Assembly (NCBI GenBank): GCA_977018835.1 | Contig: OZ361256.1 | Span: 5,518,001-5,582,000, forward strand | From: Minutocellus sp. GHC0000111 | Lineage: Eukaryota | DNA: 64,000 nucleotides | Direction of reading: 5' to 3' | In this document: positions 56,623 through 64,000 of the stretch, piece after piece | How the letters are laid out: each line of letters opens with the position of its first letter | Position numbering within the stretch: position 1 is the first letter of the stretch | Translations under genes and position numbers: made by a program | Notes under the pieces: model-generated | Seen by the model: only the letters and a program-made list of their open reading frames with translations | The model's database searches: none | What the model was told of the DNA's origin: nothing

Positions 56623-58608
56623 TTAAACGTTCTTGACCTCATCAATCTTCTCGTCGTCCACCTTGGACTTCTCAGGGGCAACTCCCATCTTGGTGAGCAT
56701 TTTGGAGAATTTCTTGTAATCAAGCTTTCCAGACCCATCCTCGTACTTCTCAAAGAGCTTACGGAGGGCAGTATGATCGACATCGTAGTTGCGACGGTAG
56801 TTACGATCGGGCTCCTCAAGAACGGGAGGAGGCGACTCCTCAACCTGCTGGGCAAGGTATCGGCCGAGCCTCCATGCCACCTTGCGAACAAAGTCCTCGG
56901 TGGTGTAACCCTCCGGTCCAGTCATGTCTCGCGTTCCCTGTCCATATCGGAAAGTGTTGTGAAGAGCAAGTCGCAGCGTCGAGGTGTAGTTCAACACCTT
57001 GTCATGCATATCCTTGGTTGCCTCATCGTTGGGGTTTGCCTCGAGAGCTAGGGACGCCGAGTGGTTCATAGCTCCCATCATGGCCTCAACAATACCCAGA
57101 GGGTTGAGCGAGGTTTCCTTTCCAGCAAGATGGTCAATCCACAAATCCGTCACAGTTCCATGCGAGGCCTCAAACTCCTTGATGATGCGTCCATCATCGG
57201 CCTTACCAACAAGGTTACTAGTAATGAAACCAGGCGACCGATGAACCTGCGCAATCTGATCGGTAAGCATATCACCATCGTAGTTGTGAGCGGCCATACC
57301 GAAGCCACCGTCCGTCCAGCGAATCAGCTGCATCGTCGCAGCGTCCGAAATCAAATGCTGCAGCTCGCCGCCCGAACGCTCCAAAAGACCGGCCTAGAAT
57401 TGCAGGATCATATAGTATTAGATGGGAAGAAGTCAGAACAACGAACAATTGCATTTTCATATACAGATGAATCCAACTCAAATCAGAAAGCCGATCGCCC
57501 GCTGCCGCTCACCTTCTCGAACTCGGCCTTGTACTCCTTGTCAAAGATGTCCTTCATGGTGGCCCAGAATCCCTCCTGCCACTTGAAGACGGTCTTCTTG
57601 GTAACAATGTACGGGGTGACATTGCCCTCCAAGCAACGCTTGAAGAAGTGATGGGCAAGGTCGGTAACATTGTCGTAGGGGTTGTGGTACACCACGGCCA
57701 CGTTGTGGTACACCACGGCCACGTTGTGATCATCGCTCAGATCGCGCTTGTCAACCACAAAGGGAGGAGATCCGTCGTCGGGAATGTACGTGGTAAGGAG
57801 CGTACCGGCACCGACCTCATTCCAACCGGCACCGTACTCGCCACCGACGGCGTGACGCTCGAACAGGACGGGGTTCTTGTAGCCCAGTTCCACTCCCTCG
57901 ATGTGGATGGTATCACGGGAGATGGTAATGCCGTTCCAGCCACGACGCATGGCGCCGTTGGGCGAGCCAAAGGACTTGGACAGGCCCATCTCCTCGACCT
58001 GCGTGGCGGTAGGGGTGATGGTGGGCTCCTTGAAGATGGCACCGATGCGCGCACCTGCAGCAACCGCATCATGCAAAACCTTGTCGTCGGTTTCATCGCG
58101 GGCCTTGCACGAAAGGTCGAAGTACTCCCATGCCGTGGTGTCAAAGTAGGGCTTGATCCACTGGTCGACGAGGAGGTTGCTGGCGTAGTGCGTCATCTCC
58201 TCGCCGGCAATGTAGACCATGGGGGGGAGGACGACCTTCTCGGCCGGCGGAGGGACGGCGTCGAGGTTGGTCGAGGCATCGGTCGACAGGTAGGAAGCCG
58301 GCCGCTGTAGGTTCTGGAAGCGCGATACCGAGAAGGAAGGCGACGTCGCGGCGGCAGCGGCCTTGGTTGCCACTGTAGATCACAGGATAGAATGCACGCA
58401 GAAAGAGAATTCAGCGAAAAGAATGATGTGATGAGGGAAAATAATGCAAATGCCAAAGAACAGATTCGAAGAAGCTCATGATGTGCCGAGAGCAGGGCCG
58501 AACGAAAAGCTGCCCACAAAACGCACCATTGGTTGATCGAGCGGCCACGGCAAGCGATCTCGTCGATGCCACCGCGGCGACGCGGGAGGTTACGAGACGG
58601 AACGCCAT
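56623..58608 (-). CDS. IDH: Mitochondrial type II isocitrate dehydrogenase, probably NAD+-specific, with EF-hand-like tail (exons 58608-58527, 58372-57513, 57393-56623)
   Basis: Mitochondrial presequence MAFRLVTSRVAAV. Motifs GEEMT, KEPTITP, SPNGAMR, ERHAVGGEY, TKKTVFK, HNYDGDMLTD and EASHGTVTDLW. Two in-phase GT-AG introns. Confidence 0.92.
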
Positions 58609-59185
58609 GGTTACGATACGGATCAAACTTCCGATCGATTTTGTGGCTTTGGCGGCACTTCCTGACTTTGGGCCAATCGAATCGAGTGAGTCGAGTGCTC
58701 CCGAAGAAGAACAAAACCCGGAGACGGCGAGTCTAGTTGCGGTTGCGGGTTGTTGGGGTGGGGGATACTGGAGAGAGTGGTCAAAGCAAGACGAGGCTCG
58801 TATCGTACAGCTGTTGGCTCGTGGCATGAGTCCTGTGTCAAGGGGTCGACCAAAACGCACGGTGATGAGGACAACTCCCGCTTGCACCAAAATAAAACAA
58901 AGGGAAGACATGACCGACGTGCACCTGCTTCCCCTGACTGAGCCAAATTATCATACAACACCTCTGAGAAGCTATCTGCACAAATAATCAATTAAGCCTT
59001 TTGGAGTGTGATTTACATATGGTTCAAAAGAGTCTCTCTATGTGCTGGACGAACTGCTCGGTGCCAAGATGATCCAGTAGGGATCCCTATCCGGTCGTCC
59101 GCTCACTCAGCCAGCTCAGCCAACCAAACCATATTTCAAACCACACGCCGATGTCAAAACCCTGAGAACTGTCACACCCAACTCT

Positions 59186-60060
59186 TTACAGACCGGCCTT
59201 TCCGAGGGCGCTGACGGCAACCTTGTCGCCCTGCTCTCCGGCGGCCCACTTGGACGAGTTGTACGTGAAGGACTCCTGGGCCATGGCCTTGGACTTGGCG
59301 GGCTCCTTGAGGGCCGCTCGGACGGTGCTGGATGCCCGGGTGACGAACTGTTGGGTGAAGATTGAGGAGAAGGGTAGGGGGAAAGAGAGAAAAGTATGTG
59401 AGTGCCGTGTTATTGGCATACTTGATACGTGACCATATATCCGATTGGAGGGCCATACAGCCTTCGTTGAGAGTAATTCTTCACCACCTCCGGCTTCCCG
59501 ACATTGCCTCCGATACGAGCGCCGAGTTCCACGCCACCCACAAAGACCGAGCCTGATAATGACACTACTAGGATGCTATGCCGCACAAACCCCTCCGCGA
59601 GATGGCACGGGACGCATCTGCTCCCGCATCACTGCACAGAAAGAGACCGGCAACTGACTCCCCTCAAGCCGCGCAAGCAGGCACATGGTGCTTCTATTTC
59701 CGCAACCACCCTGCGTCTGCATCGATCCGGCTATTTTCGCATCTAACCTCAACGGGAGATGGAGCCCCCCGAATCAAAATTCCACGGGTGCAGATCGCTG
59801 CAGTACCACCCGGCCAACACACTCAACACCCAACACACCAACCCATCGCTCGTCCCTTTTTCCTCCGCCACGCCAGCCAGCCCCCATCGCAAAAAACCGC
59901 CGACGGACATGCACAAATCTCCACCCCAAACCCCGCCGCCGGCTGCAAAGGAAATATGCGGGCCGATTATTTCATCATTTCCCCCCTCTCCAAGCACGGG
60001 GCGGACGTACCTGCACGTAGGACATGCCGGCGAGGCGCCAGAAGGTGGTGGGGTCGTCAT
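59186..60060 (-). CDS. ATP15: Mitochondrial F1 ATP synthase epsilon subunit (exons 60060-60011, 59347-59186; 1-nt frameshift at 60050-60053)
   Basis: TFWRLAGMSYVQ|FVTRASSTVRAALKEP is the epsilon signature WRxAGxSY..(Y/F)....A...R.ALK. 663-bp GT-AG intron. Confidence 0.9.
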
Positions 60061-60277
60061 GGTTTCGTTCTCTTCCGGTGGAATGGCTCGGAGCGGAGCG
60101 GCTGGAAACTGGTCCGTTGGTAGGGTAATTGCCAATAATATCGGGGCACTAAAAGACTAAAAGGGAGATTTAAAAAATTTCCGTAAATCTAGAAATCACA
60201 AAAACGGTTTTTGTGCGGCAATCGGCGAAGTCAAAGTAGCGAGCCGACGAAGGATCTGGTATCGACTTTTTGCTGCC

Positions 60278-62308
60278 ATGGACGACGCCGACTTCCTCCC
60301 CACCGCCACGGCCGTCGGTTCTCTCTCGTTGTCGTCGCCCTCCGACGAGTCAGCTCCCACCGCCGACGGCTTTGGACACTGCCCGTCGAACAACGAGAAT
60401 AGGACGATGGTAGTCGTCGACGAAAATCAATCTTGCGGCAGCATCGACGAGAGCTGTCTGACCATGGAGGAGCGGCTGGCCCTGTACAAGGCCCGGAAGG
60501 AACGTCAGCGGGAGACGCAGCAGAGGAGGAAGGCCACCCGACGGCCTCGGTGGAGCTCCACGGGTTCTGCCGGCAATGGAAGAAGTAGCGGCGATGGGAG
60601 GAGCCGTTCTTCGTCTTCGGGCAGCTTCGGCGATCGGTCGAGCATGGGGAGTCGGGGCAGCATTGGAAGCCGAAACTCGTACGAGGGCGGTCCCGGCAGC
60701 AGGAGCCGGCTGTCGTCGTCGTCGGGTTCCTCCACGTACTGCTCGTCGCGATCTTCGCCCTCTGGCACAGCGCTGGCGGCGGCAAATGCCACGGCGAGCT
60801 GTACCCCGCCCCTCCGCCCATTGTCGGCGGCCACATTGGCGTCGATGCGGAGGCGGTCGGGCGACGTTATCGGGAGCAATGGCGGCAATGGCCCGCCTCC
60901 CCTTCCCACGATGGGTGCATCTTCAAGTAGCAGAAAGAGCACCGGTACGAGCCTCGGACGTGGTAGTGGTAGGAGGAGTAGCAGCACCACGGGGAGCGGA
61001 GGCAAGCCCCCCCCGGCAGTCCGTCGCAGGGCGACCCTGTGCGCCGGCGACAAGGACAGGAGCAGCGCCGGCGGTAGCAGCGTCAGAAGTACCAGCGCCC
61101 CCCGACGCCGGCCACTGTCATCTATTCAGACGACGGCTCAGAATGGCAGCAATGGTCAGGGTAGTGGTGGCACTAGTAGCAACCATGCATCGCCGGTGCA
61201 GGGAGAGCCATCGGCCAAGCGGTCGGCCCTTGCAACGGCCAAGACGTTGGAAGGGCCGACCATTGGTACCAGTGGTACTGATATCGGTGGCAGACGGCAG
61301 AGGTCCAATGCCATCGTGGACGATGCCATGCACGACGATATCAATGGTAATGGTGACGGCAATCAAGAGGACGATGACGACATCGACGACGATGATGATG
61401 CCTTCGTCCCACCCTCCTTCCTATCCAATGGTAGCAGCAGTCCCGCAGAATATGCCGATCGTGGCCACAAATCCTCAAAACTCACTCTGGCCAGTTCCAG
61501 TTCCGACGAGGACGATGGTTGTGGGAAACGCAGCAACGGCAGCGACGATGGCAGCGCTCGGAGGAGGACGGTGCTGCACTTTGACGACGACGGGATGGAT
61601 TCGCTGGAGGCCATCCTACCACCACCCACTCCGATGGGACGTGTCATGGTTGATACCGGCAACATTAGCGATGACGACATGGACGAAGGCAAGGATGCGA
61701 CGCCACCCAAGGACAAGAAGAGACGGAAGAAGAACAAGAAGCGACGAAATACCACCCTCTTTGTGCCACCTCCGTCCTTGGTTGGAGATGATGCGTTGGC
61801 AGATGAAGAAGAGGAGGAGAATCGCGAGGATGAAAAGAAAGATGAGGCAAGTAATGACAGCAAAAGGAGTAAGGAAACGATTGGCACGTCCAATACCCAG
61901 GAGAGCGATGCCAACCAACAAGAGGACTACCAGAAACTGTGCAAGACGTACAAGGACGAGCACGCCAGCCTTCGCTTCCTCATTGGCATTCTCAAGCTGG
62001 AGAAGTCCGACGCCGAATCCAGACTTAGCCAGCTCAGCGAGGCCTTTGAGACCAAGAGCGCGCAGAACAAGACCATGGCTGCGGATCTGACCAAGCTCCG
62101 CAAGGAGAATGCCGCATTGAAGCAGGCCGCGGCCGACAAGCAGAAGCAGATGGATGCCATGGTGACGTCGCTGCAGGCGCAGATGATGCAGGGATTGTCG
62201 GCCGCGGTGGAGAAGACCAAGAAGCTTCAGGCGGAGTTGGAGGTTATGACCGTCGAAAAAGAAAAGTTGCGGGAGGAAGTGGAAGAGCTTCGTGCTGGGA
62301 GTGAATGA
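60278..62308 (+). CDS. Low-complexity Ser/Gly/Arg-rich protein with C-terminal coiled coil
   Basis: 676-aa ORF with a basic NLS-like KDKKRRKKNKKRR and heptad-rich last ~130 aa. Confidence 0.7.
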   Translation: MDDADFLPTATAVGSLSLSSPSDESAPTADGFGHCPSNNENRTMVVVDENQSCGSIDESCLTMEERLALYKARKERQRETQQRRKATRRPRWSSTGSAGNGRSSGDGRSRSSSSGSFGDRSSMGSRGSIGSRNSYEGGPGSRSRLSSSSGSSTYCSSRSSPSGTALAAANATASCTPPLRPLSAATLASMRRRSGDVIGSNGGNGPPPLPTMGASSSSRKSTGTSLGRGSGRRSSSTTGSGGKPPPAVRRRATLCAGDKDRSSAGGSSVRSTSAPRRRPLSSIQTTAQNGSNGQGSGGTSSNHASPVQGEPSAKRSALATAKTLEGPTIGTSGTDIGGRRQRSNAIVDDAMHDDINGNGDGNQEDDDDIDDDDDAFVPPSFLSNGSSSPAEYADRGHKSSKLTLASSSSDEDDGCGKRSNGSDDGSARRRTVLHFDDDGMDSLEAILPPPTPMGRVMVDTGNISDDDMDEGKDATPPKDKKRRKKNKKRRNTTLFVPPPSLVGDDALADEEEEENREDEKKDEASNDSKRSKETIGTSNTQESDANQQEDYQKLCKTYKDEHASLRFLIGILKLEKSDAESRLSQLSEAFETKSAQNKTMAADLTKLRKENAALKQAAADKQKQMDAMVTSLQAQMMQGLSAAVEKTKKLQAELEVMTVEKEKLREEVEELRAGSE

Positions 62309-62362
62309 AAATAACGCGGTGAAATATATTCTAGGAAATCCTAATATCCCAGGCACCCATTA

Positions 62363-64000
62363 CTATCTCGCTATTCCACCACCCTGTACGTCGTAAAGAT
62401 ACCTCGCATAGTCATACAGTTGCAAATCGTACTCATTCTGTGCCATGATGAGGTACCATTCGGCACTGCCCTTGGGAATTTCCTCATCCTCAACGTTGCC
62501 GTGAGCAAGAAGCTCGTCGTCTTGACACTGGCCCATTTCCCGTGTTGCCTGAAGACCCCAACCAAAGTATCGTTCGAATCGCAATATCGACTCCTTCATC
62601 TTATCCTCCAGGCCAATGACAAACTTTCGTCGGAGGATTTCCATTGCAACGTGCAAGTCATCCTCGGTGAGCGTGCCGGTGAACTTGTTCGTTAGGAACC
62701 GGGTCATCCAATTGTTGGATATCCGTCCACTCTGGACGTAATCCAGCAATGACATTTCCGCCAAGGCAGCGCTGTTGGCCTTTTCGTAGTAGAAGATGCC
62801 AACCTCCCGTTCAATGGGGTGGGCGAACAAAGCGAAGGGTCTGCCCTGATGACGCGGATTGCAAGCCTCCGCCATGGGGTAGATGAGAGGTGTAAATGCC
62901 ACATCTGTCGTCGCCGAGGATGCCAAATCCAGATCCTTGGCCCGTTGTATGCCCGTCGGTGTGGTGGTATCAATATTGACAAAGTGCACGCCCGTCGTGG
63001 TTTGGTACGTTCGCAAATCCACTTCATCATTCCTCTCGGTACCAAGCTGACTGGCCTGGACGAGATGGAGGCAGTTGCCAAAGATCTTTCTGACCAACGT
63101 CCCACCCGAGCGCGGTATTTGCCAATAGATGGGCATGTCATCCCTCGTCCCCTTGGCGTAGGCAACGGTGTTGTCGGCAAAGTTCCGCTCGATGGCGAGG
63201 GGAAGTTCAATGTTCATGGTGGCCAGGTTGGGAAAATCACCGCTTTCCGGATGCCACGACGTTTCCGTGCCAGGCGCCGAGGACGTACCGCCCGCGCTGG
63301 GTGGGAGCCACACGCCTATCGACCCATCTTCCACCACGGTGGACTTGTACATGAAGATGGCAGCATCGTTGCCCAGCCGTCCGCCGCCCAGCACAATGGT
63401 GAAGATGAGAGAGAGGCAGAAGCAGATTATAATCAAAAGGAGGCGGGAGAGGAAGGAGCTGTTCAGAGGCTTTCCGCGGTAGTAGAGTGGTTCCGCCGAC
63501 GGGGGGTTGTTTTTCCAAAGCGTTGCGATTCGTCGTTCCACGCCGACCATTCCGGAGCATCCACTGGTCGTTCCTGCGGCTGTTGGGGTTGGGGCGATGA
63601 CGGAGGTGGTGACGGTGCTGCTGCTGCAGCGCTCCGCTCCTCGTGACTGCTCTCGTGACCCTCCTCAATGGCATCTGGTATGTGCATGGGTGCAAAGCTC
63701 GGTGCGAAGCTAAGTCCGCCAAAGGTCGACACAGACCGATCCGTGGATTCCCGCGCGGTGCTGCTGTTGGCGGTACTTCCTCCGAATTGGCTGGCACCGT
63801 CGATGGGCGCCATCCGTCCCACCGTCGTGCTGGGGAGTCCTCCCGTCAGCCCTACCGCCACGGGTCGAAATTCGGACGACAAGGCCGACGCCGACGATGC
63901 CGCCGACCCACGCCGGGCAGCCTGCGCCCGTTCTTCGAGCGGCACGCGCGTCATCCCATCGTCGACATCCTCGGTCCCCCCGCGCAGCTGGTCGAGGATG
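62363..64000 (-). CDS. Golgi-type sulfotransferase-like protein, paralog of 38018-39862 (5' end beyond window; frameshift at ~63510)
   Basis: YWQIPRSGGT (5'-phosphosulfate loop), NIDTTTPTGIQRA, NNWMTRFL and NEYDLQLY. The upstream frame is open to 64000 and joins at the T5/G6 runs in 63501-63514. Confidence 0.75.

Overview
Gene-dense eukaryotic nuclear DNA, most likely a diatom or related photosynthetic stramenopile. The evidence is short GT-AG introns, several bipartite plastid-targeting presequences with an A|F or A|W cleavage site, and diatom-type LRR and sulfotransferase-like families. About 28 protein-coding genes can be modelled: WD40, TMTC-like, Sel1, XPA, ISD11, DP, a protease-lectin fusion, PqiA-like, DUF501, alpha-SNAP, SAP/THO1-like, symplekin, LRR, two sulfotransferase-like, USP14, HPAT/SGT-like, a mucin-like membrane protein, permuted NlpC/P60-like, DUF1995-like, type II IDH, ATP synthase epsilon and others. 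Four things stand out. (1) A 3,279-bp degenerate DNA transposon (51026-54304) has CAC...GTG termini, imperfect TIRs, a 4-bp AGAC target-site duplication and a RAG1/Transib/Chapaev-like transposase remnant. (2) A 3,596-bp apparently identical tandem duplication carries a 216-bp foreign filler at its junction. (3) Several proteins look like pseudo-enzymes, including a secreted bacterial-type lysyl-endopeptidase-like domain fused to a QPD C-type lectin. (4) Many 1-nt frameshifts, often in homopolymers and mostly in the right part of the window, are probably assembly errors. No rRNA, tRNA or CRISPR array was found. All family assignments come from motif recognition by eye; no database searches were run.
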